Shown: positions 19,574 to 29,872, counted from the stretch's first letter. The stretch is 64,000 bases of DNA from Candidatus Uhrbacteria bacterium CG10_big_fil_rev_8_21_14_0_10_50_16 (GCA_002774875.1 PCYM01000001.1:1096-65095), one strand, 5' to 3'. Translations and numbers: made by a program. The notes: generated by a model not told the origin, from the letters alone.

Positions 19574-20086
19574 ATGAAGTTCTCATTAAGAAAATTCTTT
19601 GATTCACGTTGGGGAATGTGGATGCCGCTTGTTGGGTTGGGGCTCATGGCACTCTCTTTTGCTGGTTTTCTTGTTTGGCTCATGATGTTTGCTCCCTTGT
19701 CGCCTGGTGAGACGTTTGGATTGGATCAAGTTCCAACGTTTTCGACCCTTGCAATCGTAATTCAATATTGGCTTATCTTATCGTTTCTTCTTGGATCGGT
19801 TCTATTGGTAGTGGGAACGTTCGTTGTTTGGCCGATGAGATTTATCTACCGCAAATCATCCTGGAAGGTTTGGGCGGGGTACGCCGTTGTTGTCTTGGGA
19901 TGGGTAGGGATGATAGGATTTCGGTATTGGTCACGGTCATTTACTGTGGAGGAACGAGTAAGTCAGCGAGAGTTGATTGCCGTTATTCTTAGCCTAGAAC
20001 AGCTCGCCACGATGATTATGGTGTTTGGCACGATCGTCTTTGCAGGTGTTTTACAAGTTTATGATCCAAAAAAAGGAAGAAAATAA
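19574..20086 (+). CDS. hypothetical membrane protein
   Basis: A 170 aa protein with four hydrophobic helices, starting 2 nt after the murC stop. Confidence 0.4.
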   Translation: MKFSLRKFFDSRWGMWMPLVGLGLMALSFAGFLVWLMMFAPLSPGETFGLDQVPTFSTLAIVIQYWLILSFLLGSVLLVVGTFVVWPMRFIYRKSSWKVWAGYAVVVLGWVGMIGFRYWSRSFTVEERVSQRELIAVILSLEQLATMIMVFGTIVFAGVLQVYDPKKGRK

Positions 20087-20154
20087 CATAGACGTCAATG
20101 CGATGTGTTGATATCTGGTATGATTGAACACGTAACGATCAATACGGAAAACGT

Positions 20155-21144
20155 ATGAACACACAATTTGAACAACAAGTAGAAGCGCTCTTGGGTGATC
20201 GACTCAAACGGGGTGAACCTCTGGCGGCGCATTCGCATTATGGCGTTGGAGGACCTGCCTCTTATTTTGTGTTAGCAAAGACAGCAGAGGAGGTGACGAG
20301 TCTTGTGCAATTAGCTAAAGATGAGAACGTGCCATGGGTGGTGATCGGCGGCGGCACAAATATTCTTGTGAGTGATAAGGGATTCAACGGGCTCGTAATC
20401 AAGATGGGTAACCGTTCCATTCGCATTAACCACGAGACAGGAGAGGTGGTGGCAGATGCTGGGTTGCTCTCATCAAGCCTTGCACGTCAAACGGGAGAAG
20501 CCGGACTTACAGGATTTGAATGGGGGATTGGACTACCAGGGACGATTGGTGGTGCCGTGCGCGGAAATGCGGGTTGCTTTGGCGGAGAGACAAAAGATAA
20601 GTTGGTCTCGGTCGATATCCTTAACACAGAAACGGGAGAAGTACAGACGATTGCAAAAGAAGACCTTGTTATGGGGTATCGTCACAGCAAAATAAAGGAC
20701 GTTCCGTGGATTGTGCTGCGCGCTACGTTTTTATTTGAGCCACGTGAGGTGGACCTCAACCGTGAGGCGATCAATGAGGTGCTTCGCTGTCGCATGGATT
20801 CTCAACCAAAGAACGTCAAATGCGCCGGCTGTGCGTTTAAGAATGTCGATTTTGTGGCAGACGAGGATATCGCTAAGTTAAAAGATAGGGTTCATGATAT
20901 CCCGGAAGCGTTTCTTACAAATAAGCGTATTCCCGCCGGCTGGTTGGTGGATCGTCTCGGTCTTAAGGGCACGCGCGTTGGAGGGGCGGCGATTAGTGAG
21001 CTTCACGGAAACTTTATTACAAGCGATGGCACAGCGACGGCGGATCAACTGATGCAGCTCATTGCACTGGTTAAATCCAAAGTGCGAGATGCGTACGGGA
21101 TTCAATTACACGAGGAGGTTCAATTCATTGGGTTTGATACATAA
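20155..21144 (+). CDS. murB: UDP-N-acetylenolpyruvoylglucosamine reductase
   Basis: It has an FAD-binding PCMH-type N-terminus (HYGVGGPASYFV...VIGGGTNILVSD) and a MurB C-terminal domain. Confidence 0.85.
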   Translation: MNTQFEQQVEALLGDRLKRGEPLAAHSHYGVGGPASYFVLAKTAEEVTSLVQLAKDENVPWVVIGGGTNILVSDKGFNGLVIKMGNRSIRINHETGEVVADAGLLSSSLARQTGEAGLTGFEWGIGLPGTIGGAVRGNAGCFGGETKDKLVSVDILNTETGEVQTIAKEDLVMGYRHSKIKDVPWIVLRATFLFEPREVDLNREAINEVLRCRMDSQPKNVKCAGCAFKNVDFVADEDIAKLKDRVHDIPEAFLTNKRIPAGWLVDRLGLKGTRVGGAAISELHGNFITSDGTATADQLMQLIALVKSKVRDAYGIQLHEEVQFIGFDT

Positions 21145-21147
21145 TCT

Positions 21148-21477
21148 ATGGGACCACTTTCGGAATTAGCCTTGTTTATCTCGATCAACTGGCGGGCACA
21201 CGCAAAACAGCAAACGATGGATGCATCTGCTCTGCGTGGGGAGCCGATCGAGAAGATATTGGAGGAACTTGCAGCACTGGCAGAATTGGAAAAGAAGACG
21301 GGGAGAACGGAGGTGGTGGACACAGAAGTTGCTCGAGCGCATTTGGGGGCGATGTTGCTCAATCTTATGCGTTACTGTGATCTTGCGGGTGTGGAAGGGG
21401 ACACACTCGGTGAATGGATTGCGGACTATTATCGGTCGTTGCCCACACCTGCGGACGAGGGTATACTAACGGTGTAA
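21148..21477 (+). CDS. small MazG-like nucleotide pyrophosphohydrolase-domain protein (tentative)
   Basis: A 109 aa protein with an acidic helical EExxE..E pattern (ILEELAALAELEKK...AHLGAMLLNLMRYCDLAGV). It starts 3 nt after murB. Confidence 0.35.
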   Translation: MGPLSELALFISINWRAHAKQQTMDASALRGEPIEKILEELAALAELEKKTGRTEVVDTEVARAHLGAMLLNLMRYCDLAGVEGDTLGEWIADYYRSLPTPADEGILTV

Positions 21478-21494
21478 GTCATAACCGATCTGTT

Positions 21495-21866
21495 ATGAAA
21501 ATTGAGAAAATTTTAGGCACGAATATCGATCTTACCCCCGCGATCGAAGCACATATCAACAAACGTATTGCACCACTTTCCAAGCTTGTAAAACGATTAC
21601 AGCCGGCAAGCGTGGCAGTGGAGGTGGGAAAGCCGTCGGAGCATCACAATAAAGGAAATGTGTTTTACGCGGAGTTTAACGCGGATATCCAAGGCGAGGT
21701 GTTTCATGCGACTGCCGAGGCAGAGGATTTGTATGCTGCTATCGACAAAGTGCAAAAAGAGTTCAAACGTCAGATTGTTGATTGGCGCAAGAAGCAAAAA
21801 TCTGTTGGCACCCGCGCAGGCCGATCGTTTAAGAAGTTTCTGCGATTTGGACGCGAGCAAGACTAG
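21495..21866 (+). CDS. hpf: ribosome hibernation promoting factor / RaiA family
   Basis: MKIEKILGTNIDLTPAIEAHINKRI...VEVGK...HHNKGNVFYAEFNADIQG matches the HPF/YfiA fold family. Confidence 0.75.
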   Translation: MKIEKILGTNIDLTPAIEAHINKRIAPLSKLVKRLQPASVAVEVGKPSEHHNKGNVFYAEFNADIQGEVFHATAEAEDLYAAIDKVQKEFKRQIVDWRKKQKSVGTRAGRSFKKFLRFGREQD

Positions 21867-21877
21867 GATTGATGATT

Positions 21878-21912
21878 TAAAACACCCGTCTGTGGATGGG
21901 TGTTTTTGTTTT
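21878..21912 (+). terminator. rho-independent terminator after hpf
   Basis: The sequence is AACACCCGTC-TGTGGA-TGGGTGTTTTTGTTTT. Confidence 0.55.
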
Positions 21913-22001
21913 ACAGGCTTGCCTGCAAGCTCTCCTGGTCGTCATTGCGCGTTTCACGAAGCAATCTATTTATTCTTTCTCCCTCCTTTTTGTTTCGCCA
22001 A

Positions 22002-22118
22002 AGATGTGTGCCAATTGTGGCGATTCATGTTGAATCTTCAATTGGCTACACGGCTTCGCTCTACAGAAGGGCTTCGTTTATGCCAAGGTCTGTACGGCGT
22101 ACTCGTGGGGACACGCTG
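22002..22118. repeat. structured repeat element, copy 2 (followed by a GC-rich small ORF)
   Basis: It has the same architecture as copy 1, but both 6-nt palindromes changed concordantly (CGATCG to CAATTG) and the third pairing segment co-varies (GCCGGGG to GCCAAGG). Confidence 0.5.
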
Positions 22119-22187
22119 AGGGACGACTACAACACCGGGGACCCCGATTCCGTCCGCGTGCGCTTTACGTACGCCGGACGTGCCTAT

Positions 22188-22409
22188 CGGATGTGGAGTC
22201 TCCCGGGTAGGCTCTCCGTTTGGGAGGGGAAGGGCACTTACACGGACACGGGACCTACCGGCTGCATCAACTCCGCCGTGTCCGACGTGGGTGTCATGAA
22301 GTGGCTAGATCACGAGGAGCCGGATGAAATCCCGGAGACCCAGCCGGAGTGGCAGGTTCGCTGCAAGGTGGCGATCGAGAGCCTGGCCGCCGTCCTCGGC
22401 GTCCGCTGA
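22188..22409 (+). CDS. possible small GC-rich cargo ORF downstream of repeat copy 2
   Basis: This is the C-terminal part of track ORF 21900..22409, from MWSLPGRLSVWEGKG onward. It is about 63% GC in a 50% GC background, and a terminator-like hairpin follows at about 22425-22460. The start is uncertain. Confidence 0.25.
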   Translation, partial: RMWSLPGRLSVWEGKGTYTDTGPTGCINSAVSDVGVMKWLDHEEPDEIPETQPEWQVRCKVAIESLAAVLGVR

Positions 22410-22505
22410 ACTGCCGCCTGAAGGCGCGACCGCAAAGGTCGTCTGCCTACAGGCGGCCTTTGTGTTATTGACCAAAATGCTCCTTTGACCTACAATCTCG
22501 GCATT

Positions 22506-25175
22506 ATGGCACACTTTTTAGATCGATTTTTAACGGATTCCAGTAAGAAAACACTCAAGTACTATCAACAGAGTGTGGATGCAGTCAATGCGCTTGCAGA
22601 CAGCTACCGTGGGTTATCGGATGCAGAGTTAAAGGAGAAAACCGTGAGTTTTAAAGCGCGCTTGGCGGAAGGCGTTTTGATTGACGATTTGCTCGTAGAG
22701 GCGTTTGCCACAGCCCGTGAAGCGGCACAGCGAACCTTGGGACAATATCATTACGATGTGCAGTTGTTGGGAGGGATGGCGCTGCATCATCACAACATTG
22801 CCGAGATGCGCACAGGAGAAGGAAAGACACTTACCTCAACACTCCCAGTTTATTTGAATGCATTGGAGGGAAAAGGTGTGCACGTGGCAACCGTTAACGA
22901 CTACCTGTCCATGCGAGATGCTGCATGGATGGGTGAAGTGTTTGATTTCCTGGGATTGTCCGTGGGAGTCATTTCTCACGAAGGTGGCTTTGTGTACGAC
23001 AAATCGATCGTGCAGGATGAAGTAGTGGAAGACGCCGATCGAGATGTTACGGGAAGTTTTAAAGTTCACCATGATTATTTGCGACCTGTGGCGCGTGCAG
23101 ATGCCTATGCGGCGGACATCACCTACGGCACCAACAATGAGTTCGGATTTGACTATCTGCGCGACAACATGGTGCAGAATCCGGATCAGCGCGTGCAACG
23201 TCCCCTTAACTATTGTTTGATTGACGAGGTGGACTCTATTTTGATTGACGAGGCACGCACGCCATTGATTATCTCTGCGCCGTCTCAAACGTCCAGTGCC
23301 ATGTACCAACAATTTGCACAGGTGGTGCGATTGTTAAAGTTGGACGTGGATTATAATATTGACGAGAAAATGAAAGTCTCTACACTTACGGAGGCTGGAA
23401 TTGAGAAAGTGGAGAAAGCTCTTGGTCTTGCAAACCTCTATGCCGACGGTGGTGTGCACTTGGTGCATCATTTGGAGCAGGCGCTGCGGGCGGAGGTGTT
23501 GTATAAGCGTGATAAAGAATACGTGGTACGCGAAGGAGAGATTGTGATTGTGGATGAATTTACGGGTCGTATGATGGAGGGACGTCGTTTTTCGGAAGGA
23601 CTCCATCAGGCGATCGAGGCGAAAGAAGGTGTGGAGGTACAACAAGAAAGTCAGACATTGGCCACCATTACGTTCCAAAACTATTTCCGCATGTATTCGC
23701 GATTGGCGGGCATGACGGGAACGGCCAAGACAGAGGAGGAAGAGTTTCAAAAGATTTATGATTTGAACGTGATCGTGATACCAACCAATAAGGTCATAGC
23801 CCGTAATGACCATGAAGACAAAATTTACAAGTCAGAGGCTGGTAAGATTCAGGCTATTGTAAAGGACGTTAAAACGCGGCAGGCCCTGGGGCAGCCAGTG
23901 CTCATTGGTACCATTTCTATTGAGAAGAACGAAGAGATGTCGCAGGCACTTTCCAAGGCGGGTGTGCCGCATGAGGCGTTGAACGCAAAAAACCACGAAC
24001 GAGAAGGGTCGATTGTTGCACAAGCAGGGCGCAAAGGTTCCGTGACGGTGGCCACCAACATGGCGGGTCGTGGTGTGGATATAAAGTTGGGAGGCGTTCC
24101 GGCAACAAAGCAAGAATATGAGGAAGTTCTCGCGTTAGGTGGTTTGTATGTGGTGGGAACGGAGCGTCACGAGGCACGTCGGATTGACAATCAGCTCCGT
24201 GGACGATCTGGCCGTCAGGGCGATGTTGGAGAAACGCAGTTCTTTGTATCGACCGAGGACGACCTTATGCGTGTGTTTGGATCTGATCGCATGAAGAACA
24301 TGATGGAGCGATTGGGCGTCCCTGAGGATATGCCGATTGAGAATAAAGTTATTACAAAAGCGTTGGAAGGGGCACAAAAGAAGGTGGAGGGTCACAACTT
24401 TGACATTCGCAAACGTTTGTTGGATTACGACGATATCCTCAATAAACAGCGTTCTGTGACCTATGAAATTCGTAACGAGATTGTAGACATTAATACAACG
24501 GAGGAGCCAGAGGCGGCACGTCCGATGATTTTGGATCACATTACGGAAGAGATCGAGAATGTTGTGTCGTTCCATACGGCAGACGGAACGGATTGGAATG
24601 TAAAGGAGATTTTTGAAACCATGCAGACCATTGTGCCGGTTCCGGAGGAGTTAAAGGAACGTTTTACGGCATATAATGGTATTGGTGCACCGAAGGCTGC
24701 GCAGGCCGCAGTGGTGCGCACGGAGTTGATTGAAACATTGGAGGGCCAGGCGCAGATAGCGTACAAGGATCTCGAGGGATTGTTTGCGGAGCGTTCCCAA
24801 CTTGCAACGGTGGAGAAGCAGTTGTTATTGCGATCGATCGACATGTTGTGGGTGGAACATCTAACCGCGATGCGTAAATTGCGCAGTGGTGTTGGGTTGA
24901 GTGGCTATGCACAGCGTGATCCGTTGGTGGAGTACAAGCGTGAGAGCTTTGCTATGTACCAGGTGATGCTGTCAGAGGTGCAAAAACAGGTGGTGTACTC
25001 CATTTTTAAGGTAAAGGATGCCATGCGGATTGCCCATACGCCGTCCTTGGCAGAGCGCGCAAAGATTAGCGAGGCTATAAAGGCAGGCGTGAGTAATCAT
25101 CAAAAACCAGGACGTAACGACGCGTGTCCGTGTGGATCGGGGAAGAAGTACAAAAAGTGCCATGGAATGGAATAA
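22506..25175 (+). CDS. secA: preprotein translocase ATPase SecA
   Basis: It has the DEAD-like motor motifs (MRTGEGKTLTSTLP, LIDEVDSILIDEARTPLIIS) and the C-terminal zinc finger CPCGSGKKYKKCHG. The start is taken at MAHFLDRFL. Confidence 0.9.
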   Translation: MAHFLDRFLTDSSKKTLKYYQQSVDAVNALADSYRGLSDAELKEKTVSFKARLAEGVLIDDLLVEAFATAREAAQRTLGQYHYDVQLLGGMALHHHNIAEMRTGEGKTLTSTLPVYLNALEGKGVHVATVNDYLSMRDAAWMGEVFDFLGLSVGVISHEGGFVYDKSIVQDEVVEDADRDVTGSFKVHHDYLRPVARADAYAADITYGTNNEFGFDYLRDNMVQNPDQRVQRPLNYCLIDEVDSILIDEARTPLIISAPSQTSSAMYQQFAQVVRLLKLDVDYNIDEKMKVSTLTEAGIEKVEKALGLANLYADGGVHLVHHLEQALRAEVLYKRDKEYVVREGEIVIVDEFTGRMMEGRRFSEGLHQAIEAKEGVEVQQESQTLATITFQNYFRMYSRLAGMTGTAKTEEEEFQKIYDLNVIVIPTNKVIARNDHEDKIYKSEAGKIQAIVKDVKTRQALGQPVLIGTISIEKNEEMSQALSKAGVPHEALNAKNHEREGSIVAQAGRKGSVTVATNMAGRGVDIKLGGVPATKQEYEEVLALGGLYVVGTERHEARRIDNQLRGRSGRQGDVGETQFFVSTEDDLMRVFGSDRMKNMMERLGVPEDMPIENKVITKALEGAQKKVEGHNFDIRKRLLDYDDILNKQRSVTYEIRNEIVDINTTEEPEAARPMILDHITEEIENVVSFHTADGTDWNVKEIFETMQTIVPVPEELKERFTAYNGIGAPKAAQAAVVRTELIETLEGQAQIAYKDLEGLFAERSQLATVEKQLLLRSIDMLWVEHLTAMRKLRSGVGLSGYAQRDPLVEYKRESFAMYQVMLSEVQKQVVYSIFKVKDAMRIAHTPSLAERAKISEAIKAGVSNHQKPGRNDACPCGSGKKYKKCHGME

Positions 25176-25179
25176 CCAA

Positions 25180-25207
25180 AAACCTCCCAATGCAGGGAGG
25201 TTTTTTA
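25180..25207 (+). terminator. rho-independent terminator after secA
   Basis: The sequence is AACCTCCC-AATGCA-GGGAGGTTTTTT. Confidence 0.55.
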
Positions 25208-25400
25208 ATAGGAACTAGGTGAGTTTTGGAATACTGATTTTAAGGACACCGTTTTCCACTACTGATGAGATGCCGGATGAATCATAATTATTTTCTGGAA
25301 GTTCGACAGATCATGAATTAAGAGTAGATCTATTGTAGTAGCATAGGTATAGATATTCAAACATTGCGGAGGATAACAGAAGATGATAGGTTGTGCATCT

Positions 25401-26012
25401 ATGAAGCTACTGATGTTTGATTTTGATGGGGTGATAGTGGCCTCTGCGGAGCCGTGTTTTGCGATCCACCAACAATTAGAGGGAGATCAACTGACGCGGG
25501 AAGTTTGGCGGACGTATTTTTACGGAAACGCGTTTGACTCTGAGCAGGTGAACATACATTATTCTGATGACCCGGTTGTTTCTGAGGAAAAACCCTTTTT
25601 TAAACTCTACAAACCGATTATTGAGACGATGGATCCTGTACCGGGGCTCAAGGAACTCGTCCACAACCTTGCACAGACGCACACGCTTACGATTGTCTCT
25701 TCCGGGTTTAGCGACATTATTCAGACCTTTTTAGAGCGGCATGGCCTGCGTTCGTATTTTCAGGAAGTTTGGGGCGCGGATATTCACAAAAAGAAAACGG
25801 TTAAAATACAGCGACTTCTCGATCAGTATCAAGTGACTCCTGATGAAGCGCGATTCATTACAGACACTCTTGGCGATGTAAAAGAGGCGCAAGAGGTTGG
25901 TACGGCATCTATTGGAGTTACGTGGGGCGTCCACACACGGGATATCCTCGCACTCGGGGCGCCGTTGTGTATTGTGGATACGATCGATGAACTTACCAAG
26001 ATTCTTTTGTAA
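25401..26012 (+). CDS. HAD-superfamily hydrolase (phosphatase-like)
   Basis: The motif I sequence MKLLMFDFDGVIV is present, and the size is typical of HAD phosphatases. Confidence 0.65.
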   Translation: MKLLMFDFDGVIVASAEPCFAIHQQLEGDQLTREVWRTYFYGNAFDSEQVNIHYSDDPVVSEEKPFFKLYKPIIETMDPVPGLKELVHNLAQTHTLTIVSSGFSDIIQTFLERHGLRSYFQEVWGADIHKKKTVKIQRLLDQYQVTPDEARFITDTLGDVKEAQEVGTASIGVTWGVHTRDILALGAPLCIVDTIDELTKILL

Positions 26013-26013
26013 T

Positions 26014-27288
26014 ATGGATCAATACGACGTCGTCATTGTTGGCGCGAGTTTTGCAGGTTTAACATTGGCGCATCATCTGCCAGGTCACCTGCGGGTTCTT
26101 GTTGTGGATGCAAAACCGGCGGCCGGATCTAGTGTTGAATCCACGGGGCTCATTACTTCAAAGACCTACGATTTGTTTAAAACGTTTTTCCCCATTGACG
26201 ACTACATCACCAATCCCATTTCGGCGATTTGTGTGGTAGCGCCGGATTTTAAGGATTACTTTGTGTCGCAAACGTCGGAACCTTGGATTTATCAAACCGA
26301 TACAAAGGCTCTCGTGCGTGCCATGGCCGATACCGTTCCATCAAACGTAACCGTTAAGACAAAAACGGTATTCATGAACGCGGTGGATGAGGATGATCAC
26401 GTTATTATTTCACTGCAAGCTCAAGGAGAGCCTTCTCACCAATTGAGGTGTCGAGTGCTTGTGGGCGCCGATGGTTCTCATTCCAAGGTTGCACAGGTGA
26501 CACCGGAGCTCGATCAGAACAAATCGTTTCTTTTTGGCTTTGAACGTGTGTATTTTGGAGAGGTGAATCTGGGACCGATTCCGCAGCAGACAATTTATCA
26601 CTATTGGTTTGGTGAATTTTCTTTGGGGTATGGCGGGTGGCTTTCGCCAACGGTTGTAAACGGACGCTCGGCGTATCGTATTGGCCTTGCAAAGCTGATG
26701 AGTGATCGAGGTGCGGCGAGTCAGTTGCTCAAGACGTTTACGCAGCGACTTGTCGACAACGGCACGATCACGCTCGAAGGGTCTATTGAGACGTCGGAAT
26801 ATGCGTTTGGGAGCTTGATTCCCATTGGTGGGGTTGTAAAACGTGTGACGCACAAAAATCGTGTGCTCATTGGAGATGCAGCAGGGTATTGCGGGGCGTT
26901 TGCTGCAGATGGTATTAAGGGGTCGTTGGCATCGGCAAAAATTGTTGCGCGGCTGATTCCACGATTTTTGGATGGAGAAACACAGGCACTGGTAGAACTG
27001 CCGGAGCGTATGAACACAGAATTTAATCTTATAGATTATTATCGTCGACAGATGCGTTACCGGTGGATCTGGGATCAAATGAGGCGTGACAGGTCATTTA
27101 AGGCAATGTTTGCCATTATCGCGCGGGAGCAGGAGACGTTCGTGGAACAATTCTGTGACAGTAAAGATACACACCGCAGTCTCGCCTGGACCGTGCTGAA
27201 ATTTAAATATCTTCCTCTTCTGGTGCAATATGGGTGTTTTCTGGTTTGGGACAAGTTATTTACACACAAAAAGACTGTCGTTGGTTGA
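26014..27288 (+). CDS. FAD-dependent oxidoreductase, geranylgeranyl reductase family
   Basis: YDVVIVGASFAGL (GxGxxG) is at the N-terminus, and VLIGDAAGYCGAFAADGIKGS is the GDAAG motif of this family. The start is at MDQYDV. Confidence 0.65.
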   Translation: MDQYDVVIVGASFAGLTLAHHLPGHLRVLVVDAKPAAGSSVESTGLITSKTYDLFKTFFPIDDYITNPISAICVVAPDFKDYFVSQTSEPWIYQTDTKALVRAMADTVPSNVTVKTKTVFMNAVDEDDHVIISLQAQGEPSHQLRCRVLVGADGSHSKVAQVTPELDQNKSFLFGFERVYFGEVNLGPIPQQTIYHYWFGEFSLGYGGWLSPTVVNGRSAYRIGLAKLMSDRGAASQLLKTFTQRLVDNGTITLEGSIETSEYAFGSLIPIGGVVKRVTHKNRVLIGDAAGYCGAFAADGIKGSLASAKIVARLIPRFLDGETQALVELPERMNTEFNLIDYYRRQMRYRWIWDQMRRDRSFKAMFAIIAREQETFVEQFCDSKDTHRSLAWTVLKFKYLPLLVQYGCFLVWDKLFTHKKTVVG

Positions 27289-27382
27289 TTAATCTCACCA
27301 GGGGCGTTACAATGGCGCCCGAGCTGTATTGGCGGGTAGAACCGCCTTCAATCCCCTCATTTCATTTTTTTATTCTGATTAC

Positions 27383-28867
27383 ATGGCTTACAAACAGTTT
27401 CGAAAACAGCAAAAGGAGGCTGGTAAACATAAGCAAATCAATGCTTCTGTACCATCAAAATGGCGATTACCTGTGGGTGTCATTGGGATCATTCTCCTTT
27501 CCGTTATTGGACTTGGGTACATGTTCCCAGCACAGTGGAATGCGACCGTTGGGAAGACTGGTTTGGAATTTAAGGGAACGCCGTTCCATCTAGGTCTTGA
27601 TTTGTTGGGGGGTGCGCATCTTGTGTATGAGGCAGATTTGTCTCAGGTGGGCGAGTCGGAACGTGCAGATGCATTGCGTGGTGTACGAGACGTTATTGAA
27701 CGTCGTGTCAATGCCTTTGGTGTTGCCGAGCCGGTTGTTCAATTAACGGGGGATACACGTATTATTGTTGAGCTCGCTGGAATTCAGGACGTGAATGAAG
27801 CGATTAACCAAATTGGAGAGACACCGATTTTGGAATTCAAACGGCCAGCTGCCGTGGACCCAGATGCACCAGATCCAATGGAGGGAATTACGGTATCAAC
27901 AGATGCAGACGGGAATGCGACGCTGGTGGGCACCGACGGCGAGCCTGTCGAGCTGACAAGTGAAATATTCGCTGCATTGCAAGGGAATAATCAGTGGGAA
28001 AATACGGAGTTAAGCGGTGCACATCTTAAACACGCATCCGTGGAGTTTGATTCAAACACAGGCACACCGTTGGTATCGCTCACGTTCGATTCCGAGGGCG
28101 GAGAAATGTTTGGGAAGTTGACAGAAGAATTGATTGGACAAAAGATCGCCATTTTCTTGGACGGTTCGGTTATTTCTGCGCCGGTTGTTCAGGATGCTAT
28201 TTACGGCGGTCAGGCGCAGATTACGGGAAGTGATTCTATCGAGGAGGCGCGAACACTCGCGCAACGGCTTAATGCAGGTGCGTTGCCGGTACCTATCGAA
28301 TTGATCTCTCAACAAACGGTAGGTCCAACACTAGGTGCTATCTCATTGGAGCGTAGCCTCATGGCGGGCGCCATTGGACTTGTCTTGATCGCTCTCTTTA
28401 TGCTGCTCTACTATCGGTTACCGGGGCTTCTTGCGATCGCCGCACTTGTTGTTTATGGAGTTCTTGTTCTGTCTGTCTTTAAAATGGGATCTGTGACATT
28501 AACACTTGCAGGAATCGCTGGTCTTATCCTTTCGATTGGAATGGCGGTGGATGCAAACGTACTCATTTTTGAGCGATTAAAAGAAGAATTAGCGTCTGGT
28601 CGGCCGCTTGATCGATCGATCGACGAAGCAGTAAAACGTGCCTGGTCTTCTATCCGCGACGGAAATATTACGACCCTTATTGCGTGTGTGATCCTTTTTG
28701 GCTTCAGTTCGAGTTTTATTAAGGGATTTGCGTTGACCTTGGGGATTGGAGTTGTGGCAAGTATGTTGACAGCCGTGGTGGTGACACGCGCATTTTTGGC
28801 GCTGGCAGCACGTTGGCCACTCCTCAATAAACCGTTTTTGTACGGGGTAAAAAAGATGCGAGAATAA
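27383..28867 (+). CDS. secD: protein-export membrane protein SecD
   Basis: It has LGLDLLGGAHLVYEAD, a periplasmic domain, and a C-terminal 6-TM region. The alternative upstream ATG at 27329 is also possible. Confidence 0.8.
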   Translation: MAYKQFRKQQKEAGKHKQINASVPSKWRLPVGVIGIILLSVIGLGYMFPAQWNATVGKTGLEFKGTPFHLGLDLLGGAHLVYEADLSQVGESERADALRGVRDVIERRVNAFGVAEPVVQLTGDTRIIVELAGIQDVNEAINQIGETPILEFKRPAAVDPDAPDPMEGITVSTDADGNATLVGTDGEPVELTSEIFAALQGNNQWENTELSGAHLKHASVEFDSNTGTPLVSLTFDSEGGEMFGKLTEELIGQKIAIFLDGSVISAPVVQDAIYGGQAQITGSDSIEEARTLAQRLNAGALPVPIELISQQTVGPTLGAISLERSLMAGAIGLVLIALFMLLYYRLPGLLAIAALVVYGVLVLSVFKMGSVTLTLAGIAGLILSIGMAVDANVLIFERLKEELASGRPLDRSIDEAVKRAWSSIRDGNITTLIACVILFGFSSSFIKGFALTLGIGVVASMLTAVVVTRAFLALAARWPLLNKPFLYGVKKMRE

Positions 28868-28870
28868 CCT

Positions 28871-29761
28871 ATGAAGATCATTCAACAACGAACCGTTTGG
28901 TTCAGTATTAGCGGAGGATTGATTCTTGCCAGTATCGCGTTCCTCGTGATATTTGGGCTTAATCTTGGAATCGATTTTACAGGAGGAAGCCTACTGGAAG
29001 TGGAATATGCACAGGATCGGGCAGATATTACGGATATTCGTACAGCTGTCGAAACTGCTGGTTTTACAAGCGGCCAGGTACAGCCAAGTAATGAACGCGG
29101 ATTACTTGTGCGTCAACCTCCGCTCACGGAAGATCAACATCAGGTACTCATGGGGACATTGTTGACATTTGGAGAATTGGATGAATTGCGATTTGACTCT
29201 ATTGGCCCTGTTATTGGACAGGAGTTGAAGCAAAAATCCCTGTGGGCACTCGTTCTCATTTTCGTGGCGATTGTGGCCTATGTGGCTTGGTCATTCCGTA
29301 AGGTGGGAAGCAAAGTAAAAAGTTGGAAGTATGGATTTTTGACGATTGTTGCAGCACTCCATGATGTGCTTATCGCATTGGGTGTCGCGGCGCTTCTTGG
29401 TCATTTTATGGATTTCTCGATTGGGACGGCGTTTGTGGCGGCGTTGTTGACGATTCTTGGATACTCGGTAAACGATACAATTGTGGTATTTGATCGAATC
29501 CGCGAGAACCTCATGAAAGATCATCACACGTTCGAAGCCGTTGTGGATCAGTCTGTGAATGAGACGATCGCCCGTTCGATCAATACAAGCTTAACCACCC
29601 TACTCGCGTTGTTCGCGGTGTACCTATTTGGTGGGGAAACAACAAAAGATTTTGCCTTAATTCTCATGGTGGGAATCTTTGTGGGAGCCTATTCGTCGAT
29701 CTTCATTGCGTCACCGTTACTGGTAACGTGGCAAAAGTGGATGGATAGAAAGCGTTCTTAG
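28871..29761 (+). CDS. secF: protein-export membrane protein SecF
   Basis: GIDFTGGSLLEVEY and the C-terminal TM bundle match SecF. It starts 3 nt after secD. Confidence 0.85.
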   Translation: MKIIQQRTVWFSISGGLILASIAFLVIFGLNLGIDFTGGSLLEVEYAQDRADITDIRTAVETAGFTSGQVQPSNERGLLVRQPPLTEDQHQVLMGTLLTFGELDELRFDSIGPVIGQELKQKSLWALVLIFVAIVAYVAWSFRKVGSKVKSWKYGFLTIVAALHDVLIALGVAALLGHFMDFSIGTAFVAALLTILGYSVNDTIVVFDRIRENLMKDHHTFEAVVDQSVNETIARSINTSLTTLLALFAVYLFGGETTKDFALILMVGIFVGAYSSIFIASPLLVTWQKWMDRKRS

Positions 29762-29774
29762 TGCGTGTGTAGAT

Positions 29775-29805
29775 GAACGAGGTCGCAGAGACCTCGTTTT
29801 GTTTT
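29775..29805 (+). terminator. rho-independent terminator after secF
   Basis: The sequence is AACGAGGTC-GCAGA-GACCTCGTTTTGTTTT. Confidence 0.55.
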
Positions 29806-29872
29806 GTGGTGTGTGTAAGTAGGATTAGAAGCAGCAGACAGGGAAAGACAACGTGGTATACTGGTCTCATCT

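Noticed and set aside
22836-24575. Series of minus-strand ORFs (22836..23312, 23334..23813, 23832..24113, 24135..24575) inside secA
   Set aside because: They are antisense to the conserved SecA reading frame and their His/Arg/Leu/Cys-rich composition is typical of shadow frames.
26410-27078. 222 aa minus-strand ORF inside the FAD oxidoreductase gene
   Set aside because: It is antisense to a frame carrying the GxGxxG and GDAAG motifs and has Arg/Cys/Gln-rich low-complexity composition.
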